Of a DNA stretch of 64,000 nucleotides, positions 1 to 12,728 are shown one piece after another; the stretch's first letter is position 1, and every line of letters starts with the position of its first letter. The notes under the pieces were generated by a model. It had not been told where the DNA came from and made no database searches. It saw only the letters and a list, made by a program, of their open reading frames with translations. Made by a program: the position numbers and the translations under genes. The stretch is from Octopus sinensis (lineage: Eukaryota): the NCBI RefSeq assembly GCF_006345805.1, contig NC_043005.1, positions 65,472,001 to 65,536,000 of the forward strand, given 5' to 3'.

Positions 1-1798
1 TCTCTCTCTCTCTCTCTCTCTCTCTCTAATGCAAAAAAAGATGTATGCATATGTATTTATGGACGAAAATAAAAAATACCCCTTATTTCTTTCCTAAATT
101 TCTTCCGAGTCCTATGTTTGCGATACAGGAGATTACGATTTCCTCCACAAAATACGTTCTCAATATTTTGATTTTCTCCCACTTCGCCCCAAATTCGTTT
201 TCTACTTTTTTCAGATTTTTATTCTTGGTAATACTTGGAGAAAAAACAGAGAGTACCCATCACCTCACCACTTTCAAAAAGCCACACACTCCCAAAGTTT
301 CACCTTTAGCTTTTTAGAAATGGGCAAGTTTCTTCAGAAATAATGTCGTTAACCTGTTGTTTCTAGCATGCCGGGTTTTCTGGTGGTGGTCTGGTATTTT
401 TTTAAGTCTACTATTTCAGTAGAATCATACGCATGCGGGAAACATCAGCCAAAAGTGAATGACTGGGAGATCTTGCTTTTGAAATCTGGTAGGTGATGGG
501 TGGGCGAGGTAGAGGAAGGAGCATTGAGTGTTTCTTTAAGAAAAATTATTTAAGGAAACTATTTCCCAGATTCGTAATCTCTGTATTTTTCTACGCAGAT
601 AACAAAAATTTCGAAAAAAAAGTTACAAATTAAAAATTACGGTGGGGATAGCGGAAATTTAGATATTGAAAACGTGATTTCTGGACAAAATCATATTAGC
701 CCCCTTTCATACGATGATCCTTCTTAAGAACAGAAAGCACTTTCCTGCAATTTGTACCTTCACTATTAAAAAACAATAACTTCCATTATTCTATTAGCTA
801 TATATCAGCTGTGCTGATTCTGCCCATGAGAAAGGAGCAAATAATACAATGTGCTTGTATGTAATAACACTCGGGCACCGCCTGGATGCATTGCTAGTAT
901 TAATATAAAGTTGTTTTCCATTGGTTTTCGAGACAGAATTTACTTGCATCTGAATCGAAAATGTACAAAATCTAACTGTACAAAGATTATAATTCTTAAG
1001 CCATGAAATAATTTATAGCTGTCCTCGTAATGTAGGCATGCAAACGGTCAAAGTTTCATTGCATTTTAATAATTTATAATTTATTCTCATTGTACACTCT
1101 AATGGGAACAAGTAGTTCCTTTCTGTTCGCTTTTGATCAAGGATAAATTTTTATAAACCAAAAAGGATTTCTTTGGATGCATAATGTTCATATCAGATAT
1201 CATAGATAGGTATGATAGTGTTAGCAAAGATTAGCATTTTCACACCATGCAGTAAAATCAACCATACAGAACCGGATATATTTCATGTGTTGCCTGTCGG
1301 TAATATTGCTTAACCGATTTATTGTTGAGACATTTTGTTCAGTAGAAGAGACATCAAGATGTTTATCATATATAGCATTGCCTCTAGGATCGACATGCTA
1401 ACTAGTTCTAATTCGTGTTTTGTAAGGCTGATTAGCCTACATTTAGAGTTACAAAACACCTTTGATTTATGACCTTTAAGAGTGATAAAATTGTGAACGA
1501 AGGATGAAATATTTTACTGTTAAAGTTGGTGGCTATGTTTTACTTCTATGTCTCGATATCAGATATATTGTATATGCTGCTAATGTTATTAGACATTATA
1601 TGATAACATTAATAATGTTTAAATAATACATTTAAATAGGTCATTTCAACGCTCGCATAGTTAGGTGTGCTAAACTTGTTTTTCACTTTTTGCTTTTTTT
1701 TTCTTCCTTGTATTGAATTCTATTTCTTCTTCCTTCTCTACTCTATTTTCCTCAAGAGTAGATTTATATCTTGATTAGTCTGTGTCAAACCGACTATA

Positions 1799-2625
1799 CG
1801 AGGTCTAATCAATAAGTATCCGATCTGTTGCTATAGTAACAAAGCTAAAGCACGCAGTGTGAAGACGATTGGCACAGATTGATCTTGAACTCTGCTGTGC
1901 ATGCATACTAGGTTTCTAAGTATTGTTTACAATAGTACTTAGAAGAAACGTGCGTAGCGTGTGATCGTCGCATTGACCATGAAAGAGAAATTCGTCATGG
2001 TGACACCTGCTCAAACGCCTACGCATAGTTGCAGAAAGTGGCACACAAGTGTACGAGTGGTTGAGACGTTTCCAAGATGGCCGAAAAATGTCGATATTGA
2101 CGAACGTTCTTGGAGACCTACAACCAGCAGCACAGAGAAAAACATCGTAGATGTGCATGCAACTGTGAAGAGAAATCGACGAATCATCAACCATGAGTTA
2201 TCAGAGGGTGTACAGATGAGTTACGGTTCAGTTCAGTCCATTGTCACTAAAAATTTGGGTATGAGACGTGTATCTGCCAAAACTGCTTTCAGCCGACCAC
2301 ACACTAGGATTTTAGTTGCACAAGATCTCCTTGATTGTGTCGAGAACAATGAAAACTTTTTGAAAACTTTGTGTAGGCCTCTGAGCAGGTATCACCAAGC
2401 ATTTGGAAACATTTGATGCAGATTCTCTGCTGAACTTTCTATGTCATGGTCAATGCGATGATTACACGCTACATACGTTCATTCTAAACCCTGTGAAGTG
2501 GAACGATAACACTTAGTATGCATACACAGCAGAGTCTACGATTAATCTGTGCTATTCAACTTTGCTCTGCGTGCTTTAGCTTCGTTACTATGGCAACAGT
2601 CCTGATACCTATTAATTAGACAACA
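1799..2625 (+). mobile_element. Mariner-like DNA transposon, internally deleted foldback derivative
   Basis: TA at 1797-98 and 2626-27. Terminal inverted match cgaggtctaatcaataagtatc / gatacctattaattagacaaca. ORF 1961-2416 has mariner N-terminal HTH text (DERSWRPTTS...SYGSVQSIVTKNLGMRRVSAK) but no catalytic domain. Confidence 0.8.
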
Positions 2626-3399
2626 TATTGCTCTTTTATTTATTCTCAACTTTTTCTATACCTATCTCTTTCCCACTTTCTCATTCATTTTTACTTCTCG
2701 TTCTGGATTTCTCAGCCTTCCTCTTGCTCTTTCTACCTCACCACTATTAATTTCCTTCTTACTCTGTACTTTTACTAATAATACTATGTTTGTTTTACTA
2801 CTATACAATTTGTATTTTACCACATATCCTCCCGAAGAGAAAATTCTGCACTTCAACACTTCTACATTAGCGTATCCTATTTATGCATTGATAATAATTT
2901 TTACTTTTTGTCTATATTTTTATTTCATCTGTTTCCATGGTACAAATCATTACATTAACTGGCCGATGAATTTTCTAAACCGTTGTAGAGAAGTATCAAG
3001 GGCAGTACTTTTGTCAAATGTGCTTATATTTGACTTAATATTATATCTAATTTATCTTTTCATTACACGCTCAAGCTATACATTTCGAAAAGGCCCACTT
3101 TTGTTTCGCGGAACTCTTTTCACTTTGACTAGGAAACTGTGTTTTAAGAAACTGGGCTAGTCCAAAACTTATCTGGCGTTCATTTATCATACATATATAC
3201 TAGAGTCTTCTCATCCACCGGATATGTCAAGCGTTGCTTTTCGCAAGCACTGTTAATAAACGGGTAATCCTTGTTCCATCTCGAGATACATTCATGGCGC
3301 TGCTATTACAAAACAACAATGACTTGATACGTCGGGTATGGTACGTCGGATAACTCGAGAAAATCTACCGATAATAATACCTCAATTTAAAATTTTATA

Positions 3400-3870
3400 A
3401 GGACCCACCGCATAATTACCTCCTTGATATCTTTGAACATGAACTGCTAAAGATTATTAAGAAAATCAAATTTGAGCCCCTATCAAAGGGAACTATCAAG
3501 GTTTGTTTCCAGAATTAAAATGAACTGCTAACATTCATGCTTTCTCTGATAAGACTGGTAAGAAAAGGAATTGTTTCCGAGACTTTATTACTAAGAAACA
3601 TAACGAGAGTAATAAAAGGTTGACAAAGCTCTCTTGAAGGCAAATTAATTATCAACATTATGAACCTGATAATAAATTAGATATAAAGAATAGGACGGAG
3701 CCACAAACACCTAAACCTCTTCGCTTCAATCTGAATGATTACAAGTCTGATCTCCTCATTAAACCTTCAATCAGATTTATTTGCTCCACTAAATCTGATC
3801 TTGGTCGTATTAGTAAAACTATTGTAGATAGGATCATTTCAATGAATTTAAACTTAATCTTTGGAATAAT
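3400..3870 (+). mobile_element. Penelope-like element fragment (pre-RT region), decayed
   Basis: Translates DKTGK and KPSIRFICSTKSDLGRISKTIVDRII, homologous to PTKSDIGKLSKLILDK in the PLE ORF at 14034-14399. Confidence 0.65.
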
Positions 3871-4272
3871 ACAAGTCCTTCTGTCTCCTATATTTTACTT
3901 GATCGAACTCTGCCAACCTTTAAAACTCGAGATTACAAATGTTTACCAGATGTATGCATCTCGACAACTTTCTGTTATCGAACTAGAAGAGGACCCTCGC
4001 CGTATTAGACTCACAGTTTAGTGTAGTTTACCTCATCCAACTACTTCTACGGGGCATAGTTTTTCTAGATGTAAACATTCAGCATAAATAATATTCTTCA
4101 GCTAAAAGGATATAATCTGGATCCAAGTACAGATTTATTACTCCTTCCCTCCAATCATAAAAAATATGTACACATATGCATACTTATATACGCACACACA
4201 CACACATATATACATACATACATACATACATACATACATACATACATACATACATACATGCATACATACATA

Positions 4273-4520
4273 CATCAGATGTGCTATGCAAGAGAGACGA
4301 CTGCGTTGGTATGGTCATGCAATGCGTATGGACGAACACAGCTGTTTAATGAAGTACCGTTCTCTAACTGTGGAGGAAACCTGTGGTAGAGGTAGATCCA
4401 AGAAGACATGGGACGAGATGTTCAAGCACGGTCTTCGAACTTTGGGCCTTACAGAGGCACGAATAGTGACTGAGACCTTTGGCGATATGTTGTGCTTGAG
4501 AACACCCGTCAAGCAAAGTG
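4273..4520 (+). mobile_element. RTE-clade LINE 3' ORF fragment
   Basis: QERRLRWYGHAMRMDEHSC...CGRGRSKKTWDE, same family as 48923-49387 and 53823-54287. Confidence 0.85.
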
Positions 4521-4685
4521 AAATCAGGTTAAATTGAAAGCAGCCGTGACAATTCTTATAATGCAGCACACGAATTAAAAGTAGAAGGAAAAACACAAGT
4601 TGACAACAGTATGAATTAACATAAATTGCAACAATACCTTTAGAAGCTTTACTAAAAACCAATACACACACACACACACACACAT

Positions 4686-6454
4686 TCTTTTATTTGTTTC
4701 ACTCAGTTCACTGTGGCCATTCTAGAGCACCGCCTTTAGTCGAACAAATCGACCTCAGGACTTATTCTTTATAAGCCTAGTACTTATTCTATCGATCTCT
4801 TTTGCCGAACCGCTAAGTTACAGGCTTCTTTCAGTTTTCGTCTACCAAATCCACTCACAAGGCTTCAGTCGGCCGAGGCTATAGTAAAAGACACTTGCCC
4901 TAGGTGCCACGCAGTCGGACTGAACCCGGAACCATGTGATTGGGCACCAAGCTTCTTTATTTCATATAGATTTGCCATACAGGCGTTACAGAGAGGGGAC
5001 AAACAAGGACAGACAGACAAACATAAAGGGTGAAGAAGCTTTTACGTTTTAAAAATATCAAATCAATCGGATGAAAAAATGAATCGATGAAATATACAAT
5101 AAAAATTTTAAATTTTGAATAAGTCATTGCGTTCCGCAATAAGGAGGGTTGAAAGAAAGGCATCCGACCATTTGGGTAGAACCTTTACTTTTTAACCCGA
5201 CCTCACTTACATGGTGCCAATTGCACCCAGCTTGCTCACCACAGGCTTCCATCTTTTCACAAACATATCTCGTGACAGACACTTCTTCTCCAGCCTGATC
5301 TTACTACCGAGGTGGTAACTAAAAAAGTTAACCAACCCCTGGCCAGAGACAAAGGTACCTGTCACTATACCTTTCAGACGCGTCTTCCATACTGTTTCTT
5401 TCAGTATGGCTGCTACGCAGAGAAAACAAGCCTTCCTTTCCCTGTTAAGGAAAGGAGGCGGTACAATCTCGATGATAGACTCAGCTGGTAGCCGTACTCT
5501 TCCCATCACTGAACAATTGTTCGACAACAGCTCTCAGTCCCGATAACTCCGGACGCTCCACGAATGCGTGCAAGACGGTTTCCCTATCTTGCCCACATCT
5601 CGGGCATGTCGGCGAGACGGCACTTCCGTGCCTTGACAGCTTGTCACGTACAGGTAACGCCGCACGGAAGCACTGCCGCCAAGCCAGGGATTTCTGGTAA
5701 TTATCCAGATACCCCGGCCCGAACGTTCTCCTGAATAGGTTGACCAACTGATTTTCATCGTACCCGAAGGTCTCCCCCAAGGCATCTTCTGACATAGATT
5801 CCACTAATCCGCTATTGAAATCCGCGATGAAACTCCTGCTGCCGGCATTGCCCGCCTGAGAGAATAGCTGAGGTGCCTCACGGCACTCCAAATGCCAATC
5901 TCCCAGCTTAGGTCTCCGCTTGATCCATGCACCAATGTTCGTTAAGGATGTTAACTGGGGAAGGTTGAACCGAACGTGCGGTGACCACACCTGCTCTCCA
6001 TCCAGGTAATGCCAGAGATGCCTCAACCTTAACGCGAATTTTCGCATCTTCAGCCAAGGCATCCCTAACCCACCCTTTAGCGGTCTGGCAGCAGACAGAG
6101 CGCTTTACAAGTGGGTTCCCTTCCTTCCACAAAAAACGGAAAAGGATTCTCTCTAACTTGTTCAGCCACAAATCGGGGCAAGGCACCACGGTCAGACGGT
6201 AGGTGATTACTGATGCTATAAACATCTACACCACTTCCGCCTTCCTTAGCAAGGATAAAGCCCGACCAGACCAGGACCGTGTTAGAGCAGTCACCTTGCT
6301 GGCCACCTCACTCCAATTTTTCTCTATCGGGAGGTCTGGACGAATCCAGACTCCGTGAAGGTCCTGTTAAGCTCTTCGGAGTCTGGATTGCTCCAAACCT
6401 CCGGATAGAGAAAAAAATGGAAACCAAGCTTCTTACTACACACCCACTCCTGTG

Positions 6455-6456
<2 letters not shown>
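4686..6456 (-). mobile_element. tRNA-derived SINE (family B) split by a Tx1 insertion; head 6423-6456, body 4686-4957
   Basis: Head ggcacaggagtgggtgtgtagtaagaagcttgg continues after the insert as gcccaatcacatggttccgggttcagtcc. Matches the intact copy at 42871-43286. Confidence 0.8.
4958..6422 (-). mobile_element. 5'-truncated L1/Tx1-clade LINE (end of ORF2 plus 3' UTR)
   Basis: ORFs 5908-6225, 5481-6062 and 5207-5527 give YRLTVVPCP..FRFLWK, LPVRDKL..CPRCGQDRETVLHAF (zf-RVT-like CCHC region). 12-bp TSD accaagcttctt at 4946-4957 and 6423-6434. Confidence 0.8.
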
Positions 6457-6490
<34 letters not shown>

Positions 6491-6520
6491 CAAAATAAGC
6501 AACAAGAATATCCAGAGGTA

Positions 6521-6610
6521 ATGCAGTACGATCGTTGCATGCGACTCCATTTAATTGAACAATGAAAGTATTACGTCAGTTTTAAAATGTAGAGCAATCT
6601 TCAGCTGCAT
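6521..6610 (-). ncRNA. Possible decayed type I hammerhead motif
   Basis: Minus strand: ATGCAG-CTGAAGA-TTGC..long hairpin..GCAA-CGATCGTA-CTGCAT. Stem I is 6 bp and stem II pairs, but the GAAA box is degenerate. Confidence 0.25.
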
Positions 6611-6924
6611 AAAAATATAGAATTTAGTTAAGTTTAAAAGATTCATTTTAATAGTTATTCCATTAACCAAAATCACAAAGAGGGTAAGTAGGTAGACAAG
6701 GAAAAAGTTTCATAAACAATATCATAGTAGTAACTGATATTTTTTTCACAGGAAGACACTGCTTATCATTGATTTTACTTTGTTATTTAGGGTTTATGTT
6801 TATAGACTAGTTTATCAGGTCTACTGGAAAACAAGAATCTATCTTTTATGGATAGCGAAAAAGATCCCTTTGAAGTAGAAACCATTTGGGTCCAGTAGAA
6901 TATATATATATATATATATGTGTA

Positions 6925-7040
<116 letters not shown>

Positions 7041-7848
7041 CACAAGTAAGATAAATCATGAAATCAATCAGGTCCTAATCGTTGTATCATATTATTTTAA
7101 ATCTGCCGTTGATGATTTTATCGGTTACAACAGTATTCCAAAGATACTTCGTGATCTACTAAAAAATTTCTTCGGATGAAATTGTGCAGGCCTTGGAGTG
7201 TTAATGGACTAATAGACTGAGCAGGGTTTTTATTCCCAACTAATAATAAAGGACTTATAAAGTGATAAGGTAACTGAATAGAAATTTATCTACATATCCA
7301 TGTATATACTTGAGGACCATCATTGTCTGTTACAAAAATTATATTTTGTGAATGGAGAAATACATTCTATAGGAACCAGCTTTCTATCACCGTCAACATC
7401 ACCACCAAAACAATCAATATATAGTTAACGTCGCATAACATTCAATTTTGCACAAATTTTAGAATTTGGAAACTTTTTTCCGCTAGAAAACCCTGGTATA
7501 TTGAGTTTTTATACTGTTATTTTATCACAATAGCCTGCTTTACAACAAGAAACTGATACATTGTGTGAGATATCTGTAAATATCAGCAAAAAATGTAATG
7601 GTTTTACATGTTTACCATACGGAGAAGAATAATTGAATTCTATATAGTACAATATTATAAAAATATATCAATATATTTAAAAGTCATTGACAAGGCTCAC
7701 GAATATATAAATGTGTAAGTTATTTGTATGTGTGGGTAGATCTCTCTTATCGCTTTCTCTTTCCTTTTTACACTTTCTCTTCTCCCTCTCCTTTCTCTCT
7801 CTCTCTCTCTCTCCCGCTTTCTCTCTTTATGTATATATAGATATTATA

Positions 7849-8955
<1,107 letters not shown>

Positions 8956-9142
8956 TATACGTGAATATATTATATATATATATACACACATATATGTATG
9001 TGCATATATAATATACATGTGTATAATATACATGTATGCATGCATATGATAAAAAATATAAAATGTACATACATGCACCGTGCGTGTGTGTGTATGCGTG
9101 TGTGTGTGTATGCGTGTGTGCGTGTGTAAACATATTCATGGA

Positions 9143-9305
9143 GTGAAAAAGAAAGAAAGAAAAGAAGAAGAAGAAGAAGAAGAAGAGAATAAGAAGATGA
9201 ATGGAAGAAAGAAGAAGAAGAAGAAAAAGAAAAAGAAGAAGAAGAAGAAGAAGAAGAAGAAGAAGAAGAAGAAGAAGAAGACGATGACGATGATGATGAT
9301 GATGT
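9143..9305 (+). repeat. (GAA)n/(GAT)n purine-rich microsatellite
   Basis: Directly visible. Source of the poly-K, poly-E and poly-F ORFs. Confidence 0.95.
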
Positions 9306-9589
9306 TGGTGATGATAGCGTGAAAAATTTTAAATGTCAAAGCATCTGCTGTAAACCGTTTAGCTGAGCCAACCATCACCAGCCGCACACACGCACACACA
9401 CACCCACACACCCCCCCCCACACACACACACACACACACACTAGTAATATTTGCATAATATATATATCACTTACATGTAAATATAGTTATAATCGTCAAC
9501 TCGATTTCAACGACATTCTTATTGCAGATATATTCCTGTTATATATTTAATGGGTTTTCCGTCATGAACCCTCAAATGGCTACCTAACG

Positions 9590-10625
9590 CTGATTCTGCT
9601 TCAAATTTCTTCAAGCAAATGTTTCACATAATTCTCTCAAGTGTTACATGGCGGACCAGAAACTTTCTACGTCTCTTTCCTGCTGCGAGCGTTGCATGAA
9701 CCCCCACCAACGCGTACAAGTCTCTGCAGAAGGCGCATGATGATCGAGGACCAGGTGTTTAGGCTTAGTGAGGGAGAGAGAGAGAACTTAGCAGGCATTT
9801 TCTTAGTGTGTAAAGCAGCACTTAACCAAGGAAGATACAGGTGGTACCATGACAAGGTGCTCATAACACGTGCTTACATCTTGGAAATCCATGAAACGCC
9901 AACCATTCAACGATCAAGTTCGTGCGGAAAGGAGAAAAACCGTTAAACACAGAAAGAACGAGCAGTTTACAAAAGATGGCTCAGTCATGGACTATGAAGA
10001 TATACCTAGAAGAAAGGTTTACCCCTCAACCACGTCTGAGGTGGAATCTAGTCTTGTCATTTGAGGAGACAAAGAAGAAAACCCTGATCGAGCTTACTAT
10101 GCCGAAAGAGCAAGAGCGCAGTCTTTGAGCATCGAGCACCAGAACAATTAGCAGAATTTCAAGAAGGGATGCAGGTATCGCTATTCTTAATTCTTTATTG
10201 CTCACAAGAGGCTAAACACAGAGGGGACAAACAATGGCAGATAAAGGGATTAAGTCGATTATATCGACCCCAGTGCGTAACTGGTATTTAATTTATCGAC
10301 CCCGAAAGAATGAAAGGCAAAGGCGACCTCGGCGGAATTTGAATTCAGAACGTAGCAGCAGACGAAATACCGGTAAGCATTTCGCCCGACGTGCTAACGT
10401 TTCTGCCAGCTCGCCGCCTTCTTGGCTATTCTTGGTCATGGTTTGCTAGAGGATTCCCTGCCCAATAAGTACGGAGAATACTTAGATCCATTGGAATAAC
10501 AGAAAGAGAGAGAAAGCTAGCTGCTCACAGGTTGACAGAAACCGCCAAAAAAGCCTCCTTCTGATTATGGAGCAAGAGTGAAGCTAAACTGAAAGCAAGG
10601 GTAGAGATTTGGTCTCCATTGGCGA
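9590..10625 (+). mobile_element. RLE-type non-LTR retrotransposon 3' fragment (HERO-like), interrupted by a SINE
   Basis: VCKAALNQGRYRWYHDKVL, LRWNLVLSFEETKKKTLIELTMP (PD..IELT RLE-like motif), and after the SINE ARGFPAQ*VRRILRSIGITERERK..LWSK. Confidence 0.65.
10190..10418 (-). mobile_element. tRNA-derived SINE family A (Nin/Deu-like core, tail type A)
   Basis: Head ggcggcgagctggcagaaacgttagc, B box gagttcaaattcc (here ctgaattcaaattcc), core gtcgcctttgcctttcattctttcggggtcgat, tail gtttgtcccctctgtgtttagcc. Confidence 0.9.
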
Positions 10626-10999
10626 ACTTTCGACGAGAAAGTGACATGTTCCAATGTCACCTAGTGATTGTTGGACACCGTCTGATTTCATCCATTCTGG
10701 TGGTCAAACCTACATCTACCAAAAGTGAAGGAAGGAGCATTTTCTAAATGCAATCATTCTCATATATATATGTGTGTGTGTGCTTGTGCACATGCGCTTG
10801 TGTGTATGCACGCGCTTGTGATTGAATGAGTGAGTGATTGTGTGTGTGAGTGTGTGTGTATTTGTGTGTGTGTGTATGTGTGTGTGTGTGTGTGTGTAAT
10901 TCTGTTGGGGGATTGGTTTAATATTTTTCTATCTAGACGTTTTTTACGGTGCCTAATGTAGTGTTGCACTCGTCTGGGCCAGTGTAGTAGTTAGAATAT

Positions 11000-11941
11000 T
11001 GAAATTTGCTACTTTCCCTTTTACAATTGAATTTACAAATTGCCTTGATATTAGAAACTTGTTCTCAGGGTTGCGTATCCTTATATTTATGTAATATTTT
11101 GCTTTCTATTGTAGCTAGTTGAGAACCCATAGCAACTTCGTCAGCTTCTATATCTTAAGGACAGCGAAAGTTTTTTTCCGTTGAATAGTTTATTAATATT
11201 TTTCCAATAATTTTGTTTTACTTTTGGGTGTTAGTATGCGTTATCTAAAATTATTCTGATTGTGTCTTCTCTTAGAACATTGAAAAGGGTTTTTTTTTAG
11301 CTAGTTTCTTCTAAGATATACGGGATTTCATTCGATGTATTTCTCTGTTGTGTATTTTCGACAATTTTGCAGCTATATGTTTAGAGATTGATGAGAGGAA
11401 GCGGTTACTGTACAGTGTCTATGTGCTGGGGGGGGGGGAATTCTTCATGAATGTCAGGGGATTCTAGTTATACATTTATTACAGTAATTCTTTTATTCAT
11501 TCTGATTTTAATTGGTTCGTATTCTCCATCTGGATCTTTGTAAACTTGTTGATTCTTGGGATGTACTCGTCTTTATCCAAGAATACGATCGTATTGCTTT
11601 TGACATTCTTCAATATTTTTATGTAATATACTTTAAATCTTGTAGGGTTTGTTAAAGTTTCTTTTTTGCAGAGTTTTGTGGCTCTCAGTTTTTATTACAT
11701 TCACCACGAAGTAAGTTCTAGAGTTTTTCATCAATGTTTATGTTTTTATCGCAGGTTTTGGTAAAGTAAGTAAATTTCAGCCTTTTTCTTGTTTTGATTA
11801 TATTTTATTTGTTGGTGAAATTTAGTGCCAAGAATTGCAAACTTGAATCGATCTATGTTAAGAACGTGTTGTAAGAAATTAATAAATTTATCTTCTTGTA
11901 TAGATAACAAGTTACTTCTTAGGTACAGCTAAATAATCTGT
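11000..11941 (-). mobile_element. Penelope-like element RT fragment (second subfamily), cut by the gap
   Basis: Minus frames give LDKDEYI and EVAMGSQLA (AMGSPL-like PLE RT motif). Confidence 0.55.
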
Positions 11942-12041
11942 NNNNNNNNNNNNNNNNNNNNNNNNNNNNNNNNNNNNNNNNNNNNNNNNNNNNNNNNNNN
12001 NNNNNNNNNNNNNNNNNNNNNNNNNNNNNNNNNNNNNNNNN
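11942..12041. other. Assembly gap, 100 N
   Basis: Run of N. Confidence 1.
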
Positions 12042-12354
12042 AAGTATGTGTGTGTATGTGCGTATGTAGTTTTTCAATTTTGTTGTTGCTGTTGTTCTCG
12101 GCGTCAGTATTGTTGTTGTTGTTGTATTGGCTCAATGTTATTTCTTCCACCTTTCCAGGAAATTCTCTGGGGAATTTTATAACCAGCTTCATATATAAAT
12201 GTTTGCGATTTTTAGAATTATATTTTCTTTAATCTTGCTACGATAAGTAAAGTAGTAAATAAATTAGCGAAGACAGTATTTATAGCAACATTTTTCAATG
12301 CGTTTTTTAAACAAGTTTCCAAGCTTGTGAGCGCACCACTGAAAAGTTAAAGGA

Positions 12355-12518
12355 CAGGGGTCGACATTGGAAACTACTAGTCTAAATCATAAATTTTCCA
12401 TGCCTTTTCGAAAAATTACCGTGGACCCCCAATTTGCTACATTGCATTCGTGGATCCCCAATTTACGTTACACCTGTGGACTCCCAGGGTCCCTGTGGAT
12501 CCCGCTTGAGAACCCCTG
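12355..12518. mobile_element. hAT-like MITE end
   Basis: Ends ttgagaacccctg (reverse complement caggggttctcaa, a hAT-type TIR). Left end is only cagggg and no 8-bp TSD was found. Confidence 0.35.
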
Positions 12519-12539
12519 ATTTAACCGATTTATCGAAGA

Positions 12540-12728
12540 GAATACTGCTAATGGGCTGGATGTCACTTTTTTTTACCGACGAAGCATGGTTCCATGTCTC
12601 GGGTTACGTTAATTCCCAAAACACGGTTGCCGTCCAATAATCGTCACAGTTTACCTGAAATATTCCTACTTGATCCTAAGGTTGGAGTGTGGGTTGCGAT
12701 TTCCAGATGTCTAATTGCTGGCCCTATT
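12540..12728 (+). mobile_element. Tc1/mariner (rosa-like) transposase fragment
   Basis: FFTDEAWFHVSGYVNSQN...KVGVWVAIS, the first catalytic Asp motif. Confidence 0.7.
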
